A stretch of DNA of 64,000 nt from an uncultured Clostridia bacterium (GTDB lineage: Bacteria; Bacillota; Clostridia; TANB77; CAG-508). The stretch covers positions 81,535 to 145,534 of the forward strand of contig CAJFII010000005.1 of NCBI GenBank assembly GCA_904381285.1, read 5' to 3'. This document shows, in pieces, positions 1 to 10,638 of the stretch. Below the pieces are notes generated by a model. That model was not told where the DNA came from. It searched no databases and worked only from the letters and a program-made list of their open reading frames with translations. The translations under genes and the position numbers were made by a program. Numbering within the stretch: position 1 is the stretch's first letter; every line of letters begins with the position of its first letter.

Positions 1-1213
1 TATAGAACCAGGAGGAACAGCAAGCATAACAATTACAGCAAAAGCGAATACAATTGAAGGAACAGAAGCTATACAAATAGATAATCAAATAGCTGTATCT
101 TGTGAAAATGCAAGATTTGCAAGTTTAGATTCTATCAAACATACAATAGAACCTACAAGTAAGGACGTTGTTTTACCAGATGGTTCAATTGAAGAAAGAA
201 AATACAATATATCTGGTAAAGCATGGTTAGATTCTAATAAAAACGGAAAAATTGATGAAACGGAGTCTGTATTAAGTAATATTGAAATTATGCTAATAAA
301 TGCAGATAATGGACAAATAATAAAAGATGAAAGTGGAAATTCTAGAATTGTAAAAACAGATGAAAATGGAACATATAAATTTGAAGGGATAACAAGAGGA
401 AAATATATAGTAGTATTTCTATATGATGCAGCTCAATATGATGTAACAACATATAAAGCAGAAGGATTAAATGAAAGCGAAAACTCAGATGCAATAACTA
501 TGAAACTAGATATAAATGGCGAAATTAGAAATGGAGCAGTATCTGATGCTATAGAATTAAACGAAAATATATACAACATAAATATAGGACTAGTTGTTAA
601 TCCAAAATTTGACTTAAAACTAGATAAAGTAATTAGCAAAATTACAGTAAATGATAAAAATGGATCAAAAGTATATGAATATAATGACTCAGATTTTGTT
701 AAATTAGATTTTAATGAAAAAACAATTAATGGAACAACAATTATAATTGAATACAAAATTAGAGTTACAAATGAAGGCGGAGTAGCTGGATATGCTAAAA
801 AAATTGTAGATTACTTACCAAGTGGTATGGAATTTTCATCAGAATTAAACCAAGATTGGTATACATCAAGTAATGGAAATGTATTTAATGCAAGTTTAGC
901 AAATACAATAATTAATCCAGGAGAAACTAAAGAAATAACTTTATTATTAACAAAGAAAATGACAGGAGAAAACACAGGTGTTGTAAATAATAATGCAGAG
1001 ATTTATGAAAGCTATAATGACTTAGGATTAGCAGATATAGACTCAACACCAGCTAACAAAGTACAAAATGAAGACGATATAAGCTCAGCAGATGCAATTC
1101 TAGGTATTAAAACAGGTGAAGTATATGTATATATTGCAATAACAATTGTTAGTATAGCAATACTAGGTGTAGGAATATACCTAATAAATAAAAAAGTTTT
1201 AAGGAAAATATAG
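1..1213 (+). CDS. Surface protein, C-terminal part (ORF runs in from the left window edge); SdrD/Cna-B-type repeat and sortase-type sorting signal
   Basis: Frame open from nt 2 with no stop; B-repeat signature DSNKNGKIDETE..TDENGTYKFEGITRGKYIVVF; C-terminus LGIKTGE + hydrophobic helix + KKVLRKI tail. Confidence 0.6.
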   Translation, partial: IEPGGTASITITAKANTIEGTEAIQIDNQIAVSCENARFASLDSIKHTIEPTSKDVVLPDGSIEERKYNISGKAWLDSNKNGKIDETESVLSNIEIMLINADNGQIIKDESGNSRIVKTDENGTYKFEGITRGKYIVVFLYDAAQYDVTTYKAEGLNESENSDAITMKLDINGEIRNGAVSDAIELNENIYNINIGLVVNPKFDLKLDKVISKITVNDKNGSKVYEYNDSDFVKLDFNEKTINGTTIIIEYKIRVTNEGGVAGYAKKIVDYLPSGMEFSSELNQDWYTSSNGNVFNASLANTIINPGETKEITLLLTKKMTGENTGVVNNNAEIYESYNDLGLADIDSTPANKVQNEDDISSADAILGIKTGEVYVYIAITIVSIAILGVGIYLINKKVLRKI

Positions 1214-1232
1214 AAGAAAGGAGGTAAAATAA

Positions 1233-4200
1233 GTGAGAAAGAAAAGTATAATCGGAGTATTAACATTTATTACAATAATATTATTAACAACAATAGTAAA
1301 TGCACAACCAACATCGTTTTTCTGGAAATCAGATGGAGAAGGAGAAGTTGCTACAACTATAGTAGATGGACTTTGGGCATTATGTATTGAAAAAGGTGGA
1401 AAATTAAGAACTACCACTTATGAAGGTCAAGATCCCGGAAGGTATTCGCCAACATACTGTGAAAAATGTGATGGAAAAAATGTTGCTAAAGAATGGGATG
1501 GCGACAAGTATCAAACAAAATTTACTTATAAAGATACAATTAACACACAGATCCATCAAGATGCTATGTATGCCATAATAAATTCCGGAGATATGGATAG
1601 AGCACAAAGAATTATATGGGGAATGGATATAAACACTGGTAATCAAGTAGGTTCAGGAGATGACTTATATAGAGAATCAGTTGCTTATAGAGCATTTTAT
1701 GAGAAAGTGCAATCATCTGGAGGGTATAATCCTACAGATGCCACAGATGTTAATAATATAAAAGTTGCAGTAAATCAAGGAGATACATATACAGTAGGAC
1801 CATTTAAAATTTCATATTTAGATGATTACCATATAAGACCAGATGGAACAAGAGTCAACTTTGGAGAAATAACAAATTTGCAAGTAATTAATGAAACTGG
1901 AAATGCAATGGAATTAGTAGATATAGTTGATTCTAGAGGAAGTTCAATTCGTTCTAGACAATATCAGTATCCTACAAATGGAGAAGAATTTTATGTAATA
2001 GTTAGAGGTGATGGACATTATATTCATCTAGATTTGGATTTTAGATACTTAAGAGAATGTACAGGTACATTATATGAATACTCAGGAGAAGTTTCAAAAT
2101 GGAATTGGACTAGAGAAGGAAATGGAACACATGGGCATAGTGTAAAAGATCATTATAATCCAGGTGGATACGATGATGAAGGAAATTATCATCATGGATA
2201 TTGGTCATATAAGACTGTTTATTATGACAGATACCGTTACAAACTAAATAAAACAGTAATTTCTCCTTCACAAGAATTAGTCTTATATGCATTAGATGGA
2301 CAAATGCATTGGGGAACAGCGCATTTAGAAACAGAAGTTGTAAAATTAGAAGTAGATAATCTTACAATTAAAATAAGCGGAAATGTATTCCTTGATCAAG
2401 ACCAAGGAAAAGTAAATGAAGGAAACAATAAAATAGACAATGGAGAAGCATTATCTGGAATAGAAGTCACATTATATGAAGTTGGAGGTGGACTTGCTAC
2501 ACCATATCAAAGTATCACACATGATCATATAGGAAATAGTAGTACATACGGAGGATGTTATACAACACCAGTTTACCATGTTCATGTAGGTAATGAAAAT
2601 ATGTATGGACCATGTTATAGTGCAGTTAACCATACTCATATAGGTAGCTCAGCAGCAGGAGGACCAGGAACATGTTTTGAGACACCAGTGTACCATGAGC
2701 ATGACGAATCATGTTATGCTGCAAGTGATACTGAAAAGGAAAATCCAATATGTGGAAAAATAGAAGGACAAACAATAGAATTCTACAAAAATACATGTGG
2801 AGTAGAAGTAAAATATGTTAAAACATGTAATAAAGTTGAAGGACAAACAATAGATTCATATGCACCTTCATGTGGATATTCAGATGGAACATTAGTAAAT
2901 TCTAGAACATTTCAAAATCCAGTACTAACAGATGAAAATGGACACTATGAATTTATAGGATTGGATGCTAGAAAGAAATATTACGTAAAATTTACATATA
3001 ATGGTATGTTATATACAAACGTTTTATATAATGCAACAGGAGATGACACATCAAAAGCAACTGAAGATTCACAAGGCCATACAGGTAATAGACAAAACTT
3101 TAATAATAAATTTGCAGAAATAGGTTCATATCCATCAAATTATAGAACTACAGACTGTATAACAGGAGCACAAATATATAATAGAACATATTTGCAAGAA
3201 GATATAATCGACTTATTCAAAGAAGTAGCTGAACAAGTAGTTGCAAATAAAGGAAATGAAAAAGCTGCATATCAAGCTATAATAAATAAATATCAATCAA
3301 CAGATCCAGATATTAGAAGCAAAGTACAATTTGTAGCAGATTGTAGAATAAGTGCATACACAGTAAAAACATACCCACAAATTTCTGACTTTGCTATAGA
3401 AGATACAGCAGAAGTTATAGGAGGTAAAGGATATCATAGTATATATTCTGGACAATATAACCAAACAAATGTAAACTTAGGAATTAAAGCGAGACCAACA
3501 TTTGATATGGCATTATATAAAGATGTATTAAAAGCAGAAGTACAAGTAAATGGAAAAACTCAAACCTATAATTATGATGCAAGAAAAGCAGGAAGCAATG
3601 GATTTAGTATTGGTGTAAGTGAGACAGACTACTTAAACGGATTAAGAGGAATGTATAAAGATTCAACAGATTATACTAACCAAAACCAAACAAGAGAGGT
3701 AGAAACAGACACTTATGATTTAGATATGAGAACTGAGGAAGTTGCAAACGGACAAAGTTCAAACTATAATCAAGGTGTAACAGGAAAAGTAAATGGAAAC
3801 TATAAACTTAATGAAAATTATACGAACTTACAACAAACTGGAGATCAAGTTAATGAAGATAGATTAAAAATTTATATAACATATAAATTAGCAATTAGAA
3901 ATCAATCTTCAATGGTTGGAGCAATTACAGAACTTGTAGATTACTATGATACAAACTATAAATTTATAGAAGCATATGTTGGAGATATAAATGGTAATAA
4001 GACAGGTGATGTAACAAAATATGATACATCAATGTATGCAAATACAGAATATAAATCTACTAAAAATTCATATAACACAATATATTTAAGACCAAATGCA
4101 GAAACAAGATTAGCAAATGGTGAAGAACAATATATTTATGTTGTACTACAATTACTTGGACCAGACAATGATGCAGGAACATTATTAAGTAAAGAATTAT

Positions 4201-6170
4201 TAAATAATAATACACTTACAGTAATGAACTTAGCAGAAATTAATGGATACAAAACATATAACTCAAAAACAGATTCAAATACACCAGGTTTAGTAGATAT
4301 AGATTCAAATCCAGGTAACTTAAATGTATCAAACATTGATAAATTAACACAAGAAAATATAGTAAATTATCCAAATATAAGATCAATGTATGAAGATGAT
4401 ACAAGTAGAGCACCAGCATTTATATACAAACTACTAGAATCAAGAACAATAGAAGGTACAGTATATGAAGATAATACTGGAAAAGAGGCTAGAGTATATA
4501 CAGCTCAAGAAAGAGAAGGAAATGGACAACTAGATGACCAAGACAAGAGAATACAAGGAGTAATAGTTGAATTAGTAGAAATAAAAAACGGACAAATGAT
4601 TGTAAGGTCAACTACTACAACAAATGCAGACGGATGGTATGGATTTACAGGCTTCCTACCAGGAGATTACACAGTTAGATACACATATGGTTCAAATGAT
4701 GATACAGCAATGAATAAAACATCTACTTGGTATAAAGGAGTAAATGATACATCATATAATGGACAAGATTATGAATCAACAACTTTTGGAACAAAACAAG
4801 GAGTAGAACTTGGAACACAAAACTATAAAACAGATACTACTTTGATAAACAAATATACAGAAAATTACAACAACAAAAATGCTGAAGAATCAACTGTACA
4901 AATTGCAGAATCAACAGTAATTGACAAATATAATCAAGATGGATATTATTGGTACACTGCAGATGATAAATTATCTGATGCAAGAGATGATGCATTTAGA
5001 AGAAACCAAGTTATAGATTATTCAAAGAATGAATATGGAACAGAAATAGTAAATCATAAGGCAGAAGTATTTAACGCATATGTAAATCCACAACCAGAAC
5101 ATATTACACAAGAACTAAATAGAACACTTGCAAACGAACTAGAAAGAAGAACATATCGTTATGCATATACTCCTGAAATAGAAGTTGAAGTTGAGTATGC
5201 AAAAACAACAACTACAGGAAATATGAATGCAAATCAAGATGCATATAAACACAATATTGTTGGTGTTGACTTTGGAATTGTAGAAAGACCAAAATCTGAA
5301 TTAACAATAGACCAAGATGTGGCAAATATTAAAGTAACAGCAGCAGATGGAGTTACAGTATTATTTGATACACAAACTGGTGTAAGTAATCTACAATGGA
5401 TTAACAAAGGTGATATTAATAAATATGACAAAGAAGAGTTAATAAATGTTATTATGGATGAAGAAATAATGAGTGGAGCAAAAATAGAAATAACATATAA
5501 TCTAACAATAAGAAATAACAGTGAAAATGACATAGATACAACAACAAGAGCAAAAACAATATTAAACTATGTTGCAAATAACTTAAACTATGAAGAAGCA
5601 GACAACATGTTAAATGGAAAACCACTTTGGAAAGTAGTAACAAAAGACTCAGTACAAAATGCTAAAAACTCAAGCTTTGTAAACAATACAAATGGAAGCA
5701 ATAACTTAAAATTAATAGACTTAAGTACACAAACAACAATATTACAAGCAACTGAGGATAACCCACTTGCAAATACAAACTTAAAACCAGGAGAACAAGT
5801 AACATCTACATTAACATTAAAGAAAGTATTATCATCAGAAAGTTCAAGCGACGATTTGAGTTATACAAACATGACAGAAATTGTTGAAATAGATAATACA
5901 GTTGGTAGATATGATCATGGAGCAGTTCCAGGAAACCAAGACATAGAACTTCAACCACAAGAACACGACACATCAGGTGCAAGTAAATATGTAGCATATA
6001 ATAACGATGGAAATATAGATCCAGATCATCCACAAGACGGTCAAGTTATAATTACGCCACCAACAGGATCACAATATATCTATTACGTAATAGGAATTAC
6101 ATCAACATTAATATTAGCAATTGGAATTTTCTTAATAAAGAAGTTTGTAGTAGATAAAAGAAAAAAATAA
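1233..6170 (+). CDS. Very large (1645 aa) secreted, probably wall-anchored adhesin-like protein with SdrD/Cna-B-type repeats
   Basis: GTG start 8 nt after AAAGGAGG; signal peptide ..TTIVNA/QP; B-repeat signatures (GNVFLDQDQGKVNEGNNKIDNGE, TDENGHYEFIGLDARKKYYVKF, GTVYEDNTGKE..ADGWYGFTGFLPGDYTVRYTY); C-terminus TPPTGS + TM helix + DKRKK. Confidence 0.7.
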   Translation: MRKKSIIGVLTFITIILLTTIVNAQPTSFFWKSDGEGEVATTIVDGLWALCIEKGGKLRTTTYEGQDPGRYSPTYCEKCDGKNVAKEWDGDKYQTKFTYKDTINTQIHQDAMYAIINSGDMDRAQRIIWGMDINTGNQVGSGDDLYRESVAYRAFYEKVQSSGGYNPTDATDVNNIKVAVNQGDTYTVGPFKISYLDDYHIRPDGTRVNFGEITNLQVINETGNAMELVDIVDSRGSSIRSRQYQYPTNGEEFYVIVRGDGHYIHLDLDFRYLRECTGTLYEYSGEVSKWNWTREGNGTHGHSVKDHYNPGGYDDEGNYHHGYWSYKTVYYDRYRYKLNKTVISPSQELVLYALDGQMHWGTAHLETEVVKLEVDNLTIKISGNVFLDQDQGKVNEGNNKIDNGEALSGIEVTLYEVGGGLATPYQSITHDHIGNSSTYGGCYTTPVYHVHVGNENMYGPCYSAVNHTHIGSSAAGGPGTCFETPVYHEHDESCYAASDTEKENPICGKIEGQTIEFYKNTCGVEVKYVKTCNKVEGQTIDSYAPSCGYSDGTLVNSRTFQNPVLTDENGHYEFIGLDARKKYYVKFTYNGMLYTNVLYNATGDDTSKATEDSQGHTGNRQNFNNKFAEIGSYPSNYRTTDCITGAQIYNRTYLQEDIIDLFKEVAEQVVANKGNEKAAYQAIINKYQSTDPDIRSKVQFVADCRISAYTVKTYPQISDFAIEDTAEVIGGKGYHSIYSGQYNQTNVNLGIKARPTFDMALYKDVLKAEVQVNGKTQTYNYDARKAGSNGFSIGVSETDYLNGLRGMYKDSTDYTNQNQTREVETDTYDLDMRTEEVANGQSSNYNQGVTGKVNGNYKLNENYTNLQQTGDQVNEDRLKIYITYKLAIRNQSSMVGAITELVDYYDTNYKFIEAYVGDINGNKTGDVTKYDTSMYANTEYKSTKNSYNTIYLRPNAETRLANGEEQYIYVVLQLLGPDNDAGTLLSKELLNNNTLTVMNLAEINGYKTYNSKTDSNTPGLVDIDSNPGNLNVSNIDKLTQENIVNYPNIRSMYEDDTSRAPAFIYKLLESRTIEGTVYEDNTGKEARVYTAQEREGNGQLDDQDKRIQGVIVELVEIKNGQMIVRSTTTTNADGWYGFTGFLPGDYTVRYTYGSNDDTAMNKTSTWYKGVNDTSYNGQDYESTTFGTKQGVELGTQNYKTDTTLINKYTENYNNKNAEESTVQIAESTVIDKYNQDGYYWYTADDKLSDARDDAFRRNQVIDYSKNEYGTEIVNHKAEVFNAYVNPQPEHITQELNRTLANELERRTYRYAYTPEIEVEVEYAKTTTTGNMNANQDAYKHNIVGVDFGIVERPKSELTIDQDVANIKVTAADGVTVLFDTQTGVSNLQWINKGDINKYDKEELINVIMDEEIMSGAKIEITYNLTIRNNSENDIDTTTRAKTILNYVANNLNYEEADNMLNGKPLWKVVTKDSVQNAKNSSFVNNTNGSNNLKLIDLSTQTTILQATEDNPLANTNLKPGEQVTSTLTLKKVLSSESSSDDLSYTNMTEIVEIDNTVGRYDHGAVPGNQDIELQPQEHDTSGASKYVAYNNDGNIDPDHPQDGQVIITPPTGSQYIYYVIGITSTLILAIGIFLIKKFVVDKRKK

Positions 6171-6186
6171 AATATAAAAATAAAAA

Positions 6187-6220
6187 ATAGGTTCACTTAA
6201 AATAAGTGGACCTATTTTTA
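6187..6220 (+). terminator. Rho-independent terminator after the adhesin gene
   Basis: Stem ATAGGTTCACTT / AAGTGGACCTAT (one G-U pair), 5-nt loop, then TTTTTA. Confidence 0.6.
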
Positions 6221-6448
6221 CATTAACTTAAATATAAATTTATTTAGAACAAAACATTGAAAAAAACACTAAAATATTATAAAATAATTCATATAAAATT
6301 ATTTGCCACAAAAGAAAAGGTCATATAAAGATTATATATGTCAAAAAAGATAAAAAACTTTTTTAAATATAGTACTAAATATGACAAACAATTCAAAAGA
6401 TTAATATTAAAATAATACCTATATTTGAAAAAGTAAGAGGTGGTAATA

Positions 6449-8947
6449 ATGTTTCAAAACATATCAGGACAAGCAAATTCATATGATGAGTATGAAGAAA
6501 GTGCTTACCATGATAGTAAAATAAAAATATTTTTAAAAAGTGCTTTCACAAAGCAGAAAATAGCTATATATATAATTAGTTTTATGATATCTACAATAGA
6601 AGGAATAAATGGAATAACACCATTTGCAATTTCTATTTTTGCAGCAGTTTTAAGTAATAAAATACCTGCTTTAATAGTATATGTACTTACATTAATAGGA
6701 ACCTTTATTGGATTGGGTGGTAACCAAACTTTAAATTATTTATTAACATCATTAGTTTTCGTAGTAATGACATTAATATTTAAACCAAAACAAAGTGTAG
6801 TAGAATATGAAAACGAAAAATTAAAATTGGGAAAATATGTTTTTCTATCATCATTTTTAGTACAAGTATCAAGCCTATTTTTTAAAGAATTAATGGTATA
6901 TGATATCTTAGTAAGTATAATGGTATCAATTTCAGCATACATATTTTATAAAATATTTGCAAATTCTTTAATTGTTATTAACGAATTTGCAATAAAAAAA
7001 GCTTTTGCAATAGAAGAAGTAATAGGAGCAAGTATTTTACTTGCAATTTGTGCATCTAGTTTTAGAGATTTTAGCATATTCAATTTTGAAATAAGAACAA
7101 TTTTAAGTATATTAATTGTCCTAGTATTAGGCTGGAAAAATGGTGTGTTAGTAGGTGCAACATCAGGTATTACAATAGGAACAATATTAGGGTTAATTAA
7201 TGGAACTGAACCAATAACAATTGCTTCTTATGCATTATCAGGAATGATAGCTGGAATATTTTCAAGATTTGGTAGAATAGGTGTAATTGTTGGATTCATT
7301 TTAGGAAATGGAATATTTACATTTGTTACAAATGGAAATACTCAAACAATAATATATTTACAAGAAATCTTAATAGCCTCATTAGGTTTATTATTAGTTC
7401 CTAAAAATATAAGTATAGATATTGAAGATTTGGTAGGAAAAGAAAAACTATTACCAACAGGACCAGCTAGTAGAATTGAAGAAAATAAAGAAACTGTTTT
7501 TAAATTAAACAATGTCTCTGAAACTATAGCAGAAATAGCAGATACATATAAAGAAGCGGCAGCCACAATAATAGAAGAAGAGGATATAGAAGAAGAAAAA
7601 AATAGAAAAATATTTATAGATGAACTAAGTAATAATTTAGAAGGGTTAGAAGAAAATATTTTGTATGATGATTTACAAACAACTGAAGATTCAAGTTTAA
7701 TACAAGACATATTTAAAACCTTAATAAAGAATGGAGAAATAACTAGAAAAGAATTACTAGATATACTTGCAAATCACAATAACTATATTATTGGATTTGA
7801 CAATGTAGATGTAAGTATGGAACTTGAAAAAGATATAAAAGATGTTGTACAAACAATAAATCAATCATTTAAAATGAGTAAAGTTAATTTTATTTGGAAA
7901 CAAAAAATGGATGAAAATAAAAGAAATATAGGAACTCAATTAAATGGTGTTTCCAAAGTAATATCATCACTTGCAGACGACATAGAGCAAAAAATACAAC
8001 GAGAAGATAAACATGAATTTATAATTGAAAAAGAAGAAATAATAAGAATTGCTAAAGAAAAAAAGATTAATATACAAGACATAAACATAAGAAGAGAAAA
8101 AACAGGAAGGTATATAATAACAGTATATCTAGACTCTTGCTGTGATGTAAATGAAAAAAGAGGATGTACAATAGAACAAATGGAAAGAATTCTTTCTAAA
8201 GTACTAGAAGAAAAAATTGTAATACAAAAAAGTGGATGTGGATTTAAAAGAGAAACAAACTTGTGTGTAAATACATATGCTTCAGAAGATAAATATATGT
8301 TACAATTAGGAATTTCTCAAAAGACAAAAGAAGGTTCACCTATTTCAGGAGATTCTAAACTAAGTATAAAATTGGACGATGGAAAATATTTGCTTGCAAT
8401 AAGTGATGGAATGGGTACAGGTCCAAAGGCAAAACAGGCAAGTGGAATAGCAATAAAAATGTTACAAAGATTACTTGCTAGTGGATTTGATAAAGATACA
8501 TCAATCGAATTAATTAATTCTACATTATCAATAAATACAGAAGAAGATACATTTGCAACCTTAGATATAGCAATATTGGATTTATATTCTGGAAATATAG
8601 AATTTATTAAAAATGGAGCTTGTCCAACATATATTAAAGAAAAAAAAGATGTTCAAATTATAAAAGCATTATCATTACCAGCTGGAATATTAGAAAATAT
8701 AAATTTAGTAGTATATGATAAGGATATAGAAGATAATAATATTTTGGTAATGTGTTCAGATGGAATAATGGAATCTAATACAGAATATCAAAATAAAGAA
8801 CTATGGGTTAGGGATATATTACAAAGTATACAAACAGACAATGTACAAAAAATTGCAGACATTATAACAAAAGAAGCTATAGACAATGGATATGGTGTGG
8901 CAAAAGATGATATGACTATTATTGTAGCTAAATTTATAAAAAGATAG
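6449..8947 (+). CDS. spoIIE: Stage II sporulation protein E (polytopic membrane PP2C phosphatase)
   Basis: About 10 N-terminal TM segments, central linker, C-terminal PP2C-type motifs (LAISDGMGTGPKA, VMCSDGI, KDDMTIIVAK); ATG at 6449 follows AGAGGTGG (the ORF track starts at GTG 6440). Confidence 0.85.
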   Translation: MFQNISGQANSYDEYEESAYHDSKIKIFLKSAFTKQKIAIYIISFMISTIEGINGITPFAISIFAAVLSNKIPALIVYVLTLIGTFIGLGGNQTLNYLLTSLVFVVMTLIFKPKQSVVEYENEKLKLGKYVFLSSFLVQVSSLFFKELMVYDILVSIMVSISAYIFYKIFANSLIVINEFAIKKAFAIEEVIGASILLAICASSFRDFSIFNFEIRTILSILIVLVLGWKNGVLVGATSGITIGTILGLINGTEPITIASYALSGMIAGIFSRFGRIGVIVGFILGNGIFTFVTNGNTQTIIYLQEILIASLGLLLVPKNISIDIEDLVGKEKLLPTGPASRIEENKETVFKLNNVSETIAEIADTYKEAAATIIEEEDIEEEKNRKIFIDELSNNLEGLEENILYDDLQTTEDSSLIQDIFKTLIKNGEITRKELLDILANHNNYIIGFDNVDVSMELEKDIKDVVQTINQSFKMSKVNFIWKQKMDENKRNIGTQLNGVSKVISSLADDIEQKIQREDKHEFIIEKEEIIRIAKEKKINIQDINIRREKTGRYIITVYLDSCCDVNEKRGCTIEQMERILSKVLEEKIVIQKSGCGFKRETNLCVNTYASEDKYMLQLGISQKTKEGSPISGDSKLSIKLDDGKYLLAISDGMGTGPKAKQASGIAIKMLQRLLASGFDKDTSIELINSTLSINTEEDTFATLDIAILDLYSGNIEFIKNGACPTYIKEKKDVQIIKALSLPAGILENINLVVYDKDIEDNNILVMCSDGIMESNTEYQNKELWVRDILQSIQTDNVQKIADIITKEAIDNGYGVAKDDMTIIVAKFIKR

Positions 8948-9108
8948 TTTGCCATAAAGTATTGTTTGAAATATTTAATTTAATTACTTATAGATAAAAG
9001 GTATATTTAGAGAAATATACCTTTTATCTATAAAAAATCATCTTTTCAATTCTAATAAAATGTGATATTATAGTATGTGTAAAAATAAATTTTGGAGGGA
9101 TTAATTAT

Positions 9109-10626
9109 ATGAGCAAAGGAAAAAGGTATGACACGGAATCCAAATTAAATATAAAAAAAGTAATAGCTGTTATTATTGCTATTGCTGTAATAATTATGTT
9201 TGTTGTAGCAATAAAAACATTGCTTACAAAAAATACAAATGAAACAAGTACGCAAGTAATGAGTTATTATCCTGTATATACAAATGATAAATGGGGAGTA
9301 ATTGATCAAACAGGTAAAATTGTAATAGAGCCAACTTACTCAGAAATGATTACAATACCAGATAGTAAAACTGATATATTTATATGTTTATATGATGTAG
9401 ATTATACAAACAATACATACAAAACAAAAGTAATAGATTCAAAAAATAATGAAAAATTTACTAATTATGATTTAGTGGAAGTAATTGAAAATCAAGATAG
9501 CAGTAATAACTTATGGTATGAAGCAGGAGTGCTAAGAGTTAAAAAAGGCGATAAATACGGATTAATAGATTATTCAGGTAAAGAAATATTGCCACTAGAA
9601 TATACAAGTATTGAAGCATTACAAGGTGTAACAAATAGTTTAATAATAAAAAAAGATGAACAAGTTGGATTATGTGATAATAAAGGAAATATAATTATTA
9701 ATCCAGAATACAAAAATATTCAATCAATTGGAGACAATTATCAAAACGGATATATTGTACAAAATAATGATGGCTTGTTTGGAGTAATCGACTTTACAAA
9801 AAAAGTAGTATTAGAACCTAAATATGAGGAAATAAAACAAGTTTCATCAAATAACATATATATTGTAAAAGAAAATGGAAAACTAAATGCAATTACTAGA
9901 GAAGGAGAAGTATTATTAGAAAATAAATTTGATGATGTAAAACAAATTAATGAAAATGATATTATATTTATAAAAAATAAAAAATATGGTGTAATATCTT
10001 CTACAGGAGAAATAAAAATAGAGGCACAATATGATGATTTACAATATTCTTTTGGAGAAAACTACATAGCAAAAAATGGAGATAAATATGGAATAATAAA
10101 TACATCAAATGAAACAATATTGCCTTTTGAATATACAAATATTTTATACAGAAAAGAAGCAGGATTTATAGAAGCTAATAAAGACAATTCAGCAGTCTCA
10201 CAAATTTTAAATAACAAATTTGAACAAAAACTAGAAGGAATTGTATCAGATGTAAATGCAGAAAAAGGATATTTTAGAATAAGAGTAAATGATGAATATA
10301 AATACTATAATTTCAACTTTGAAGAGAAAAAATCAAGTGAAGTTTTAACTTCAAATACATTATTCTTAAGTAAAAAAGATGGAAAATATGGCTATATAGA
10401 TAAGGATGGAAATGTAGTAGTAGATTATATATATGAAGATGCTACAGAACAAAATAACTTTGGTTATGCAGCAGTAAAAAAAGATGGAAAATGGGGTTCA
10501 ATTGATAAAAATGGAAACCAAGTAGCTGAAACAAAGTATGAACTAGCAAATAATATTATAATAGATTTTATTGGAAAATGGCATTTAGGAGAAGATATTA
10601 ATTCATATTATTATACTGATAAATAA
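9109..10626 (+). CDS. Membrane-anchored WG-repeat (KWG-type) protein
   Basis: N-terminal TM anchor, then many repeats of the type DKWGVIDQTGKIVIEPTY / DKYGLIDYSGKEILPLEY / GKYGYIDKDGNVVVDYIY. Confidence 0.7.
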   Translation: MSKGKRYDTESKLNIKKVIAVIIAIAVIIMFVVAIKTLLTKNTNETSTQVMSYYPVYTNDKWGVIDQTGKIVIEPTYSEMITIPDSKTDIFICLYDVDYTNNTYKTKVIDSKNNEKFTNYDLVEVIENQDSSNNLWYEAGVLRVKKGDKYGLIDYSGKEILPLEYTSIEALQGVTNSLIIKKDEQVGLCDNKGNIIINPEYKNIQSIGDNYQNGYIVQNNDGLFGVIDFTKKVVLEPKYEEIKQVSSNNIYIVKENGKLNAITREGEVLLENKFDDVKQINENDIIFIKNKKYGVISSTGEIKIEAQYDDLQYSFGENYIAKNGDKYGIINTSNETILPFEYTNILYRKEAGFIEANKDNSAVSQILNNKFEQKLEGIVSDVNAEKGYFRIRVNDEYKYYNFNFEEKKSSEVLTSNTLFLSKKDGKYGYIDKDGNVVVDYIYEDATEQNNFGYAAVKKDGKWGSIDKNGNQVAETKYELANNIIIDFIGKWHLGEDINSYYYTDK

Positions 10627-10638
10627 AGGAGATAAAAA

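Noticed and set aside
8991-9030. Long hairpin TAGATAAAAGGTATATTT/AAATATACCTTTTATCTA after spoIIE as a canonical terminator
   Set aside because: The stem is good, but it is followed by TAAAAAA rather than a T run. It probably still ends or stabilises the transcript, but I did not list it as a confident terminator.
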